DNA of 62,076 nucleotides, the filler included, from Dugesia japonica (taxonomy: Eukaryota): assembly GCA_001938525.1 (NCBI GenBank). It is 6 parts of 6 records of this genome, joined end to end, with 100 filler letters (N's around TTAATTAATTAA, not from the genome) between each part and the next. Parts side by side here need not be neighbours in the genome. Positions count along the whole stretch, not along the records: positions 30,799 to 42,037 come from MQRL01468241.1; positions 42,138 to 53,144 come from MQRL01647390.1; positions 53,245 to 62,076 come from MQRL01585766.1; 3 more parts are not named here. The stretch is one strand, 5' to 3'. Every line of letters begins with the position of its first letter. Within the stretch, counting starts at the first letter, position 1. Of the stretch, positions 39,560-53,519 are shown in pieces. Position numbers and translations under genes: made by a program. The notes beneath the pieces are model-generated. The model was not told the origin of the DNA. It searched no databases and saw only the letters and a list, made by a program, of their open reading frames with translations.

Positions 39560-40540
39560 AATTTCAAGCTTTGTCACGAATAGTATTTAACTATGAAAGA
39601 AATTTACTCAAGAATTTAGAGACATTGTAGACGAATAGTTTGAAACATTTTAAAAATCTCAAGATTTGGAGAAAAAGTGATGTCAACGATATTTATAGTA
39701 TGTGCGGAGAATAAAGAAATAGAGGAAGGATTAATACTATGGAAGAATAAAAAAGGCGTAATCTTTGATGAATAATGTAGAGAAACGGAACCAATAAATA
39801 AACATTGTAAAATTTTACGTTATCAGGAAACACGAAAATGGAAAGAAAACAAGCTAAATAAGGTAAACAGATGTATCAGAAATCTGTCATATAAGAATAT
39901 ATTGTTCATTAAAAGGAAGTGTAAAGTGTTGGACGTATTACAGAAACATACAAATAGGCAATTATTTCCCGAATAGAAGAAGAAATCACTTTGTGGTAGT
40001 AGAAAAGAAGGTCATGTAAAAAAATAATGTCAAGAAATACGGTAAAACGATGCAACAGAAATAGTCATAGAGTCGTAGGATGTTATATATTGCTAAAACA
40101 AAAAAACAGCAAAGAAGGAAGCACTGACAAGAAACACAAAATAAATAGAATAAACAGAATAAAAGAAAAAATGACAGGAAATCGTGTGTCAAAACAGATG
40201 AAGTCGATTTTAGTGAGCTTTCCACAGAGAAAGGATATTTTTAGTAGAGTAGTTGGTTGATATAATTCACTAAGAAACAAGGTGATGGGATATTATAAGA
40301 GTGGAGAAAAGTGGGANAATGCAGAANAAATATTCTAGTCAATTTGAATTATTAAAAATGTTTCATCTGCAAGTACGCAAAGAAACCCAGCATAATAGAA
40401 CTATTATGTAACGGTCTGAATAACAATATATTTGAATGGACAAAGTAAATGAATAACATGTTTGAGAAATTTAAGTCAACGTTAATGATAAAATCGGTTC
40501 TACGTTTTCCAATTCTGAGATAGGAGTTTATCTTAGATAC
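39560..40540 (+). mobile_element. Heavily decayed Gypsy remnant (gag knuckle, RT/RNase H scraps)
   Basis: Decayed CxxC..GH knuckle near 39990-40030; VLRFP and FILDT near 40497-40540. Confidence 0.55.
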
Positions 40541-40541
40541 C

Positions 40542-40718
40542 TCACTACTTTACATTGATATTAATGACCTATATGGTTGGGTCTTAACAAAACTTTTATA
40601 TTTATATTAGAAGATCAGATTGAAGAAACATACCAGAAGATGTTCACCAATGACAATAACGAAATTGGATACCTGCTTGAAATTAATCTTGAAATACCTA
40701 TCGAACATCATGATTATG
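40542..40718 (+). pseudogene. Second Polinton pPolB fragment (motif A region)
   Basis: SLLYIDINDLYGWVLTKLL and NEIGYLLEINLEIPIEHHDY match pPolB DxNxLYG and GYILEVDLEYP..LHD. Confidence 0.8.
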
Positions 40719-41788
40719 TAATAGGTCAAATGCCACACTTGTTATATGTGCATTGATTATGTAATAGATCAATTTTTATTCTCAACTGTTCTCGTCTTAT
40801 TACTTATTACTTATTATTATTCAATCTGGTATCGACATTATTATTTAGATGTATTTTGACCATGTCTATTTTCATACATGTAAATAGTAATAGTATTGAT
40901 CATATTTTACAGTTACTTATGTAAATACAATTGATAATTATTTATAAATTTATAAATTTTTTAAAGAATGATTTATAGTTTATTGTCGCACTCGAATCAT
41001 AAAAGTCTGTGAATCGCTGGTTTAAACCTATTACGTTTAAAAGTGTAATTATATGCTTAATCGGGTTATTAATTCTCATGAAACTAAATTGAATTTCATT
41101 ATATTATTTTATTAATAAATGTTATTTGTTGTTTGCCGAAAAATCACTATCGGCCATCAAGCAGTCAGTAGGAAGTTTCACGAGAATGAAATTGTGATTT
41201 TGCATCATTAAAAATTTTCTAAAAAATCATCTTCGTTTTTCAATATTTTCTCATTAGTATAAAACCTTTTTATCGAGTTAACCGAGGTTTGACTTGTATA
41301 GAAATACTTCAATAACTTGGTGGTGACATGTCGGTAAAGAATGGTGAGCAATTGATTCCATATGCAATGAAGACCAAATGTAGAAAATAAAAATAGTATT
41401 TTCATTGAAAATACTTCGGCCATTTTTTTTTAGTAACATTAAAATAATTTTTCAATTATTTTTTGATTTTGTAGTAATTCGGTAAAACTTTCAAAATTCC
41501 TATTAAAATAACAGAAAATTTAAAAAATATTATCATCATTAATCATCTAATATATAATTTCCTGTCTAAGAATTTATCTACAGCGCGCTTTCTTTTGATA
41601 TATAATTCGATTTTAGTGTACAAAATAAAACAAGATCAAAATACTTTACAATGGCATTATTTATTGATTGAAATGTTGTGCGATAATTATTAATATGTTC
41701 AGATTGAGAGAGAGAGAGAGATGGTAAATCATAGCAATCAAAAGTTTAATAAGAAATTGTAAAAATTCAATCCTAAAAAATGAATAAT

Positions 41789-42037
41789 TTATTCCATTCC
41801 TTTTATCTCATTTTCTTTCATATAGATACTTGAGTTCTGTTTTGATTCTTTTAAATATGTACAAACNNNNNNNNNNNNNNNNNNTTTTCTAGCTTTCGGA
41901 GTAGATAGAAAACAACACGCAACAAGTATTCCTTGAGATGCCAACATGATATTACAGAAAATATCGAATTCTCCTGATTGTATTACAATATTCAATGATG
42001 GAAATAACCAAACTAATCCTAATAAAACTGATAATTT
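41789..42037 (-). CDS. C-terminal part (TM6-TM7-tail) of an adhesion/Methuselah-like class B GPCR
   Basis: Open frame from the contig edge: KLSVLLGLVWLFPSLNIVIQSGEFDIFCNIMLASQGILVACCFLSTPKARK...KGME*. LLGLxW and SQG are class-B signatures. Confidence 0.72.
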   Translation of the reverse strand, partial: KLSVLLGLVWLFPSLNIVIQSGEFDIFCNIMLASQGILVACCFLSTPKARKXXXXXXVCTYLKESKQNSSIYMKENEIKGME

Positions 42038-42451
42038 NNNNNNNNNNNNNNNNNNNNNNNNNNNNNNNNNNNNNNNNNNNNTTAATTAATTAANNNNNNN
42101 NNNNNNNNNNNNNNNNNNNNNNNNNNNNNNNNNNNNNATATAGCGAAATTTCGTAGTTCAAGTTATTTTTAAGGCATCTGGCCGAGCATTGTCATAGAGA
42201 ACAATTGGAAATATTAAAAAAACAACATTTTGATCGAAGATTTTAATTTATTAAAATCTCAATAACTCTTGTTCTAACTTTCATGGATATTTCAGATATA
42301 AATTTATCTTTAGAACATTTTATATTTTCAAAATAANTAAATCAGAAATTCTTAAATTTTATTACAATTTTAGTTGAAATAAAATTTAAGAAATGAAATA
42401 TAAATATCGATTAACAAAATCAAAATTGAAATAAGCAATTATCTATAATAC

Positions 42452-42882
42452 TTGTTTTTCTTGTAATTGTTCAGGTAATTTTGGTAATGGACATTTTATA
42501 TCATCAATAGGATCGAGAGAGCCAACTCTGCGTCTTTTGATTTGTTTATCTGTGGCAGAGTCCGGTTTTCTAACTAAAGTTTCTTTGTAACGTTTCTGAA
42601 TTTCAGACACACTGTTATAATGTTGAAATTGTTTCAAATTGGCCTTTGAGATTATATTATTATTTATATTTTAATTAAATAATAAACCAGAGGCTCAAGA
42701 AATATTTCTGCAGGAACAGCATCTGTTTTTATTTGAGCTATAGTCGGCGGGTTAAATTTAATGTATCCATTGACTGCTTGATTAAAGTCTTGCTTCTCAT
42801 ATTTATACATTTTCCCAAACGCCTTTGAATCATTGTAATTTGAACCTGAATTTAATTTACTATTCGTTTTATTTAGGTTCAT
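42452..42882 (-). CDS. DNAH6: First two exons of a host gene resembling the N-terminus of axonemal dynein heavy chain 6
   Basis: Exons 42882-42688 and 42643-42452 joined in frame by a 44-nt GT-AG intron. IFLEPLANLKQFQH and PLPKLP resemble the DNAH6 N-terminal IKLEPLPVLKVYQDH and PPKLP as recalled. The gene structure is firmer than the name. Confidence 0.5.
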
Positions 42883-43570
42883 ATTAAAAAATTATTTAAT
42901 TTTGAAAATTAAATTTTCATAGAAGTAGTTTCTAGGCTGCAATTTTATAAAACAAATGTATTTTTGAAAATTAATTGGTTTTCGATATTAAATAGAACTA
43001 AATTATTTCAAATTAAATTTTTTGAAATAATTTTATTTGTGAGAATATTTTCTATGTGATTTTCACAATATTTTTTATAAGAAATTGGATTCAGTGTCAT
43101 ATATTTTATTTTAAAAGAAATATGAATATGAAAAGTAAATATGNTTTCAAAAAGTAAAATTTCATCTCAACCAAGTAATGGATAGACTAAATTTTAACAT
43201 TAAATGACCAATTTTTTCTTAGTAATAAATAGGTTTATTTTATTTCCCGTAACTAAAAGTACGAAAATATTCTATTTTAATTTATTCATAAAAGAGTTAA
43301 ATGAGTTTGTTAATGTAGTTTTTAAAAGCAGCTAGTCTTCTTTTCACTAATTTCGATATTTATATTTAAACCGTATTTATACTGGTTTAAATTATAGAAA
43401 TTAACATTCACTTAGAAATTTAAAAGACCCAAATTCACTAAGCATTAGTAAACAAAAATTATTTGTAACTTGATTAAAAGTAAAATTACTTTTAAATTAT
43501 TAAGATAAACTTAACCCGAATTTTAATACTCAAACTTCATTTCGTTTATTTCTTTGCTTCAATAAATTAA

Positions 43571-43670
43571 TTTTGTCTCATTCGTAATAAATTTATTTTG
43601 TCTCATTCGTAATAAATTTATTTTGTCTCATTCGTAATAAATTTATTTTTTCTCATTTGTAATAAATTTT
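43571..43670. repeat. 25-bp tandem repeat x4
   Basis: Unit TTTTGTCTCATTCGTAATAAATTTA. Confidence 0.92.
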
Positions 43671-46139
43671 TTAGAAGAAATTTAAGTATATTGTTGATGT
43701 TTATTAGTGAATTTTTAATAACAATGTTAGGTTTCCAATTATTTTACTTTTTCGTTCTTCGTCTCGATAGCCGTAGTATTCTAAGAGCCTTTTTTAAAGA
43801 CCAGAAGTATTTAAAAGTACCCTAGTCATACATTCGAAGTAGTCATAAATTTTGAAGTAGTATTTCTTTCTGTTTGTGAACTTTGATTTTATCATTAAGC
43901 TCTATCTTTCCTATACTGGCTTTCTATAGTTAAAATCTCAGTGTCTCATTCTGAGTCTTGACAATCAAATAATCCCCGCTTCTTTTGGCAATGAATATTG
44001 AACTCNTTATGTTCCTATTTACAATTGATTTTACTCGAAAACATGACGATCTAAATAAAGTTTTTAACTTCGTATACTCAATTCATAGATATGTGAGTTT
44101 TACATTGACAATTAATCGACATGCAGATTAATATGTATTCATCCATAAACACAAGTGAATTTACATTAACTCTAAATATGAGGTTTAACTATATAAATAA
44201 TGACTTTGACAATTCACCTTTGCTTTTATGACTATCTTTCATTTAAAATTTACATATTTACATTAATATTCACCTATATTTATTGTACTGCAAATTAGGT
44301 TCCCAATATAACATATACATTTCGACCAAAAAACGAAAAGGATATATAAAATATTTGTAGTCGGTTAACATTCACAAAAACATTGTTATCTTTTGTGAAA
44401 TTATTCCGACCAATTCGTTTTTGAAATGTTGTAGAGGTTGATGTCTTTGTCAAAGNNNNNNNNNNNNNNNNNNNNNNNNNNNNNNNNNNNAAATTTATAG
44501 TGGTAAGACAACCAAACAATGAAGGAGCTCTCTGTCCCAACAATTTCTCGAATTAGTTCTGTTTCTCATCTTGATTCTTCTAGACATACTTTTTTAATTC
44601 CTTAGTCAAAAGTTGGGCTAATCCAAGAAATTCTTTGTTAAAGTTTTTTGTCTGGCAGTTTAATTTGAACAAAGTCTTCGGAATAAGTGTATGTTTGCTA
44701 GATAAAAGTAATCAGTAAACGTTAAGTGAACAACTATAATAGTTTTTTAAATATGACTCAATTAGTTCTACTGGCCGAAAAATTTATGGGAACTCGAAGT
44801 TTGTTTTATGTATACATTGTGGAATTCAACTTTACCAAAAGAGTTTGGAAAAATTTTTTAATTACATTTGATCAATGATCGACAACTAAAAAAGGTAGGA
44901 TCGACTAATCTGAAGGAAATAAAATAGTCGAAGTAAAGGAGCAAGAAATCATACAGAGTAAAATAGAGTTGAAAATTAATTAGAAACATGCCCAATAAAC
45001 ATTAAAGATATAGAATGTAAACAGTGTATGCAGTAAATTGAATACTATTGCTTAACCAGCCACCTATTCTTTCATGAAAATACTTTAATTACACAGCAAT
45101 TATTTGAAAAAAGACAGATTCGAGTCAATATATGATTAATTAATATATTATTAAAAGCATTTGTATAAAAATAAGAAAGAGAAATCGGTAATTGGCACAA
45201 CTGGAGCTGATAGTTAAATTATTGAAGTGGTTTTGTGGATATATTAATATTACATGTTATTTCATCTGTTGGAATTTAACTGATTCGGTAATTGTGCGAA
45301 ATGATTTTTATGTTGGTAAAGTTTAATTTTCTAGATATTTGTTTCGAAATCACAAGACCATTGGTCAAATTATATAAGTCACGGATCTTATACTAAATTG
45401 GATTTTCAGAAAAGCTATTACGTTTTTTAATGTTTTAAATAGTATATTTTATATAATGGACATAGATCAATCAATAATATTGTTAGATGAGTTTGAAGTA
45501 CTTATTGGATCATTAATATCAAAACTCGATTCCATACAAAATTTATTCACAAAACAAAACTATACTATCATTATTTGATTATTCAAATAAATTAAAACTC
45601 CATGCACTAATTGGAATTTTNTTTAATAAATTTAAAATTTCAGATTTCATTCAAAATAATTTGAAGATTTCAAAAAAAAAATTTTATAACTTTAAAATTT
45701 TAGATCAAACTTCCATTCAAAGTAATTCAAAAATTCAAAGAAAACAATTATGTCATCAAAATCTTGTTTAACATTCTCGAAAAAGTTTAAAATAAATAAT
45801 TATTTGTTATTAACATATCCTTTAAAATTTTCACAAAATTTCAAGACTAAATTATTATTTGCTAATTAAATATCATTCAAAACTTTTTCTAAATTTTAAA
45901 ACAAAATTGTCATTTCTAAAAATCTACAATTAATTGAGTACAAAAATATTTAAATTAATCTTTAAACTATTAATATTTTTGTACAAAAAATTTAATTTAA
46001 TTTATTTTAATTTCTTAATTAATTTNTGTCTTTCCATTTTTTTAAAAAAAGATTTCAAAAAAATAATTTTCAATCAAAGCACAAAAATTTCAACTCGCTT
46101 TACAAAACATATTTACAAATATATTGTCCATTTTTTTAA

Positions 46140-46900
46140 CTGACATTTTGCCATCTTTCAGCGAGACTTATAATTCATTGATAATAGAAGGACTTGTTTT
46201 AATTGTTCAAAAACTGAACATGGTGCTGATTTATAGACTCGTCTGAATTGAACGTTACACCACGCAAGGAGTCTTGAAGAGAGCAAAATAAACGGAAGTC
46301 TGGCGGTGCAAGATCTGGTAAATATAGTTGTGGGGCAGTACACTTCATCTAAGCTCCAATAATTGTTGACAGGTGATTAGATTTGTATATGGTTTTGCAA
46401 TGTCGTGATGCAACTCAACTTTCACGATTACCAAGCTATGGACGTTTTTGAATGATAGAGTCGTTCAAACTGCTCAATTGTCGACATTATCTTTTTGAAT
46501 TGACTGTTTGGTTACTTGTTNNNNNNNNNNNNNNNNNNNNNNNNNNNNNNNNNNNNNNNNNNNNNNNNNNTGAATCTCAGCCTTTGTTTACATTCTAGTC
46601 GTATAATTTCTTCAGGATCAAGAATGTTTAAGCACCGAATTAATGAAAACAATCCATAGTTTATCATTATTTACCACACACTTCAAGAAAGAAACATTTT
46701 TCTCACGATTAATGACAATGTGACAAATGTTTATGTGTGCCATCAAATGAACGTTTTTGAATTTCCGAAGAATTTGAATATCCAGCTTGTTTATGGATCT
46801 CAGCCTCTTTAAATAGTCATAAAAAGGTGAATGGTGGATAGTTTCGTTATATTCATAACCATTATTGGTGTAATATAATACATTATTGTTCTAACGTTAG
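46140..46900 (-). mobile_element. Degenerate mariner transposase
   Basis: FLKCVVNNDKLWIV (for TGDEKW); DLAPPDFRLFCSLQDSLRG (for YSPDLAPSDY); LAERWQNV. Confidence 0.85.
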
Positions 46901-48215
46901 TAGAACAATCAGCAGTTAGAACATTATCGTTTCAAAACACAAAGATTTTAGTGAAAATTCTTTTATTGTTGTTAATTAATGATTAGACTTGCAAATAATT
47001 AATTATTAGCTTGAGAATGAGCGAAAATGCACTTCAATATCCAAGCTATTTACATCTATTTGACGACAGTGGTAAAATTTTGGATTAAATTAGAACTCCG
47101 AATATTGACAAGAATAAAAGAGAATTATGTTACAATAATTAGATTTTCATATACCGGACAGTTGCTTTGTGAACAAAATTATAAATAAAGTAGTGGGGAA
47201 AAAGCATATGACCGAACGTGATCTCGAGTTCTCTCATCAAGCCTTAGTTACAGAATTTCTAATACTGATATACAAGCAGTAATGAATTAAAAAGGACAAG
47301 TCTATTTGCAAAATCAAGTAACTTAAATACATATTAAAAGTTCCTTGACACCAAAATTTTAAATATTAAACTACATTATAAAATCAGTTAAGTTACGGCT
47401 AAAATGACATAAATTCATAAATCCTTTTGTATTTCTGTAAAAAAACACCACATTTTAGTATGATCTATTATAACATTTTCTAATAGTTAAGAAATTTTAA
47501 TATTTTCGGTATAGATTTACTTTATAAAGTTATAGGCCACTAAAGCTATACGCTACTAAATTCATATATGTACTTTTAAAAATTTGGAACGCAAGTGGAG
47601 GATAGCCAAAATGAGTTTCCCCAGGTAATTGAAAATCTTAATCCGGCGCTGTGCACAAGAACCAAAATAATACACGAATGAAGTAATCTAGACTACAGGC
47701 GTTGAAATTAATTTTTTTGGAGATTATTTTTTCTATAATATTGTTGAAGTTTCCAACACTTAAGCTCGCTAAATTACAAAATTATTCTAACTTTATATTA
47801 ATGTTGGGATTTGTTGAGAAGTGAACATGAAAATAATACATACAAAGCAGTCAACAATGCACGCATAACATATATAACAACACACACACACAGTCAATCA
47901 AGATTCAAATTCAAACTAGTCCAAATCAATATTCGAATTTATCAGAAAAAATCAATCCAATTATTATTCAATACTAACTTTGTTATTTTGTTGTGTATAT
48001 CTCATTTGATCAATACTACGAACTTTGATATATTTGACATCGAGTTGACAATAAATTTCAAATTAGTTTTATTATTTTTAATTTTATTTTATAATTTTAT
48101 TATCGTATTTTGATTTTATTTATTAATTGTCACAAGTCATTTTATGAATTTCACTGATGCTATGTATTAAATTCCATTTATTTTATTGATTTGACCTAAA
48201 ATAAATTATTCAAAT

Positions 48216-51200
48216 AGTTAAATCACAAATAACAGACATCTTAAATTTTGAAAATATATTTATTATTTACATTTTAATATACAAACAAAACTTCAAGGTC
48301 NNNNNNNNNNNNNNNNNNNNNNNNNNNNNNNNNNNNNNNNNNNNNNNNNNNNNNNNNNNNNNNNNNNNNNNNNNNNNNNNNNNNNNNNNNNNNNNNNNNN
48401 NNNNNNNNNNNNNNNNNNNNNNNNNNNNNNNNNNNNNNNNNNNNNNNNNNNNNNNNNNNNGTTTTGCCGGATCTCTCTTTACCAGAACTTTATCTCCAAC
48501 TTTAAATTCCCTTACAACTCGGTTTCCTTCTTGATTCATCATTTTTTTCGAAGCTTCGTTTAGGTTACTTTCGGCCTTTTCAAGAACCTCTTTACGGTTA
48601 CTCTTGAATTCTTTCGTTGAATGGATATTACTTTTCCTTGCATAGATAACTTCCATCGAAGAGAATCCTGTCGCCTTTGATATCGTGCAATTAAATGAAA
48701 ACTCAACTTTTAGAAGGATTTCATCCCAACACTTCTCCTCTCCTCCAGATCTCAAGGATGTTACTATCATATCTCTAACAGTTTTAATTGCTCACTCTAC
48801 TAAACCATTTGACTGATGCTCATGGGGAGATGTAAATATACACGAAATATGAAATCTTGAAGCCAACTCTTGTAAAACCTTTTCTTCAAATACTCTTCCT
48901 CGATCGGAAACAATACGTTTAGGTTTTCCATATTTGTAAATCCAGTTATTTAACAAGACACTTTTGATCGCGTTTTCGTTTTGATTTGTGGTTGCAATAA
49001 GACTAACTAACTTACTGAATTGATCAATTATGACTATCATATATTTTTTGTTCGATTTACTGTTATCCATATAAGCAACATCTATCACAATTTGTTCCAT
49101 CGAGTTAGCTGCGTATCTTAGTATAAATTTTTCCTTAACTTTCTCACTACTAACCTTTCTATGCATACAAAAAAAATTCTCTGATAGCATTCTGAATATC
49201 CGTAATAATATTCGGCCAGAAGAAATAATCAGATACATATTTTGTTGTTTTCTTTATTCCAACATGGCATAAATATCTATGAATTTTGTTCACAAAATTA
49301 GTTACGCATCTTTTGGGAACCACTATCTTTTACTCGTCATCTGACTCAATTAACAGCATATCGTCTTCAATTAAAAACCTATCCAAATATTTAAAATACT
49401 GGGAAGGTTTTAACGTTTCTGATAATTTAACAGATTTGTCCATCAAATGAATTTTGATTTCCTTAAATAATTCGTCTTCTTTAAATTCCTTTATGTAGTT
49501 GTGCGAATCACTTCTGAAAACGTTCATAACATTTAAATATTTTACCTTAGACGATTTAGACTTGGCATATTCATGTTCAGTCTNGCATTGTGAACAATAA
49601 CTAGACATCACTCTTGACATACCATCAGCGTTGGATGGTATTTTCAATACTTCAATACGAAATCATATTCTAATAATTCGTTTATCCAAGTCTGAAACTG
49701 TGGCGTAATCGGTTTTTTTCCATTCTTTATAAACTCTAAAGCTTTGTGATCTGTTCTTGCGACAAAACTTTCCCCATAAATATAATGCCGAAAATGTCGA
49801 ATAAATTCATGAAGAGCCAATAACTCCTTCCTGGTCACACAGTATTCATTTTTATGTGCATTCAACAACCTTGATCCATATGCTATAACGACTTTCATAC
49901 CGATTGACTCAGTACAGCACCAATTCCCGAAAAACTGGCATCAGTATCCAGAATAAATTGACCTTCTGAATTAGGATACCCCAATACTGGAGAATTACAA
50001 AGNGCTTCCTTGATTTTCCCGAAACTTGTCTCGCATTCTTTTGTCCACATTATCTCATGCTTTTGACTTTCTGTAGCAGTATATAAAGATGTAGAGAGTT
50101 CCGAAAAATTCTTTATAAATTTTCTGTAATAATTTGCCATTCCAAGAAAAGATCGCAATTGTTTAGTACATTTTGGAATTCCAGCATTAACAATCTCCTT
50201 GNCTTTCTCCGAATTTGGTTTTAATCCAAATTTGTTTATTGTATGGCCCAAAAACACGAGCTCCTCTTGATAAAGTTTACATTTGGCTGGATTTACTTTA
50301 AGACCAGGTGTTTGAATTCTTTGAAATACTTCTGATAGAATGCGATAATGTTCCATCCGATTTTTCGCAAAGATTAGAATATCATCGATATAAACTAAAA
50401 CGGTTTTAAATAGATATCTGACAAATTTGTATGCATTAATTTTTGAAACGTAGCCGGAGCGGTTGATAGGCCAAACGGCATGCGATTATAGCAATACTGG
50501 CCTTTCTTTGTAAAAAAACGGTTTTAATTTTATCATTCTCTTCTAGTTCGACTTGATAATACGCTTGGCCTATATCTAGTGTTGAGAATATTGTACACTC
50601 ACTATGATTATCAAATAACATTATAGGATCTGGCATAGGAAACTAAAACTTATCAATTGCTTCATTCAATAATCTGAAATCCTGATACATACGAATAGGC
50701 CTATTCTTTTTGTTAACAATCACCATAAGTGAGTTCCACGGGCTACTGCAGTTTTTTATGATGTCGCTTTTGACAAGTGTTTTAATCACTTCATCAATCT
50801 TTGCTTCTAGATGCATCGGCTGTCACCTTGGCCGTTGTAAGACAGGATTTCCCGTTGTTTGGATAGGATGTTTAACTAGGTGTGTTTTACCAAGATCAAA
50901 CGTATGTGCCATGAATATCGAGGCGAAACGCGTTAACAATTTTTTCAAGATATCATCTTTGGTTTGAAAACGTCCATAGTGACTCTTAAACGAACCTCAT
51001 CAGAAACATGACACATTACATTATCTGATTCGATTAATGCAATCATCTTTAATTGAATATTAAAAACTTTGAACATGTCTATTCCACCAATGATCTTTGG
51101 GTTTATACTCTGTACTACCACTAAATTGACAGTTTCGTTCATATTATGGTAATCAATTTTAGCTTTTCCGATGCCTAAGCATTTAACGGCTTCCTTCAAA

Positions 51201-52631
51201 AATGCTGCACTAAATTTTAGCTCTGAATTTTCCAATGGAAACGAACTACTTCTTTTCTAAGCATTCATATCCATTACTGAAATCAATGCTCCTGTGTTCC
51301 ATAACATCTCCACACCTCTACTATTCACTTTAACCACACTCCAAATTCTTCCATCGCTCTTCACATACATCTCGTCTTCTACGTTTAAATTTCGAATTTT
51401 ATTTGTTCTTACTGTCTTGACTCCACAGACAAAATTGGAACAGTGAAGTTCTTTTCGTTTAAATAGTTCACATCATGCTCTACTTGATCCGATTCATCGC
51501 AAATTACATCCATTGCATCTTTTTCATAAGTTTCATCCGCAATACATCTAACATCGTTTCTGTGGTGATATTTCAAAAGCAGTCTACAACTTCTAAAATT
51601 ATGTCCCGATTTTCCACAAATTAAACAACAAACTTTTAGTGGACAATTATTAGGGGAATATCCCATTGAACCACAACAAAAACACTCTTTTTTAGAGGTG
51701 GAAAACCTTTAGATTGATTATACAGCTTTCTGACAATGAACTTCATGGAGGTCGTCAGCCAGTTTCTCTGAATTTGCTTTTGGTATTGAATTTGAGAATT
51801 TCTTTTTTGGATTATTAACAAAAGTAGCTGGCCTTGATGTCATTGGTCTATCCGGATTTCGCATGTAATTCCGACAGTTAATTTTTCCTGTATCCATTCT
51901 CTTCGACAATGAGCGGTAATTAGCTGCTTCCACTTCAGAATATGATAATTTATTGACTGATGACTTTTCCTCAATTTCATCGTTTTTTTCATAATTTTCA
52001 GCTATCTGTCGAATATCATCAGCATTCAAATCTGGTTTCAAGGCAAACGCTTTTTTTTAATCTTGAGATTTCACTCTTTTCTGCATTATTTGCTTCACAA
52101 TTTCTTCCATTGATAATCCGGATTCAAATATTTCTTTCACAGCTCTTGTAACTCGCAATTCAAAATTTTCATATTTTTCATCAGTCTTTTGACTGATTAT
52201 ACTGAAATCTTCAATCATTCGTAAAAAGGATTTATCTATGACGAATTTTAATTAGAACTAATCTATTGTTGATTTATCGTCCATTTTGATTTGTGCTTTG
52301 CCATAAATCATTAACGTCGCTATCTAATAAGAAATCGAAAGTTGACATGAGGTCGAAGTTATTTGTGACTGAGAACGTTTCAATTCCTTTCAACCATGCA
52401 ATTGGATCTTCATCCAAATTTCCTGAGAATTTTGTTATTCTTGGAAATAACCGTTCTCATGATTCTTTTGGTAAAGCTCCTTAAATTCTTTTTGCTTCTG
52501 ATGCTTGATTTCTTGTTATTGAGTTGACATGGCAGTGGTCGCCAGTTAAATCAGAAATAACAGACATCTTAAATTTTGAAAATACATTTATTATTCACAT
52601 TTTAATATACAAACAAAAATTCAAGGTCACA
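48216..52631 (-). mobile_element. Near full-length degenerate Gypsy element with very short LTRs
   Basis: About 85-bp direct repeats 48216-48300 and 52544-52631; PBS TGGCGACCACTGCC 52531-52544; gag with CLICGKSGHNFRSC; protease; RT (LDIGQAYYQV, YIDDILIF); RNase H (FILDTDAS, ARTDHKAL); integrase (IVSDRGRVF). Confidence 0.95.
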
Positions 52632-53244
52632 TTTATTTCCAACTCAAATTGTGCATGTTTTCAGTAAATCCTTTGCAAAAGTATGGATTTTTGTTAAAAA
52701 ATAAGGTAGAAATTATTTTTTTATGTAATTATTTATATTTTTGGGTATGTGTGTTTGACAATAAGTGCATGTGAAATCAGTATAAATTCTGATCAAATTT
52801 TTCATTTTTCTTAGACAAATTTTATTGAGAGAACCTATCTCTTTGATTGGCTTCTCTCCTTTAAAACTAACCTGAGCGTTATAGACTTAAGTGTAGTTTA
52901 TTTATACCAAAACTATTATCTATAAAAGTACGTGTTGTGTTTTACTTTAATAAGGGAAATTACATATATCAGTTATCTATAATTTTGCTTAAAGATATTA
53001 TTATATAATAGTTGTATTAACATATACACGAGTGTAAATTCAACTTCCATAAAATCAACATCTTATTTTTCATATTATAGTATCAAAATCAGAACCACAA
53101 AATCCTTTGTTGAGTAGAAATACCCAACATTAAATCTGCTCCTTNNNNNNNNNNNNNNNNNNNNNNNNNNNNNNNNNNNNNNNNNNNNTTAATTAATTAA
53201 NNNNNNNNNNNNNNNNNNNNNNNNNNNNNNNNNNNNNNNNNNNN

Positions 53245-53434
53245 CTACCTTTACTTTAATATACAATAAAGTATCATTCAAATCCAAATATTCAGTTTGA
53301 GATCCATTTATAAAAAACACTATGTAATTCAGAAATTGAATTTATAGGAAAGTCATCGGCAAAACTATCATTTTCAATTACAGCTTGAGGAGATGGCGAT
53401 CAAAAATACATAATTCAGTTTTACTGCAAATCAT
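53245..53434 (-). pseudogene. Polinton major capsid protein (double jelly-roll) N-terminus, cut by the contig edge
   Basis: MICSKTELCIFD / PQAVIENDSFADDFPINSIS...NGSQTEYLDLNDTLLYIKVKV matches the Polinton MCP start KSELDLF..PTQ..IE...P...YLDL..T.LYVK. One frameshift. Confidence 0.85.
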
Positions 53435-53519
53435 TTTTCAAATATTGTTACATGATCTTTCATTTGTTTGTTTATACGCGAACCATGAGATTTCTAACGT
53501 TTTCTACTATTTTGTGGTG

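Noticed and set aside
42138-42215. VLYDNARPD mariner-like peptide at the contig edge
   Set aside because: Single short motif cut by the spacer; not enough for a feature.
43571-43670. Possible CRISPR-like array
   Set aside because: Head-to-tail units with no spacers, eukaryotic context, no cas genes.
44380-45050. Additional Gypsy RT/RNase H scraps (including CKQC)
   Set aside because: Probably real but too decayed to bound or support with clear motifs.
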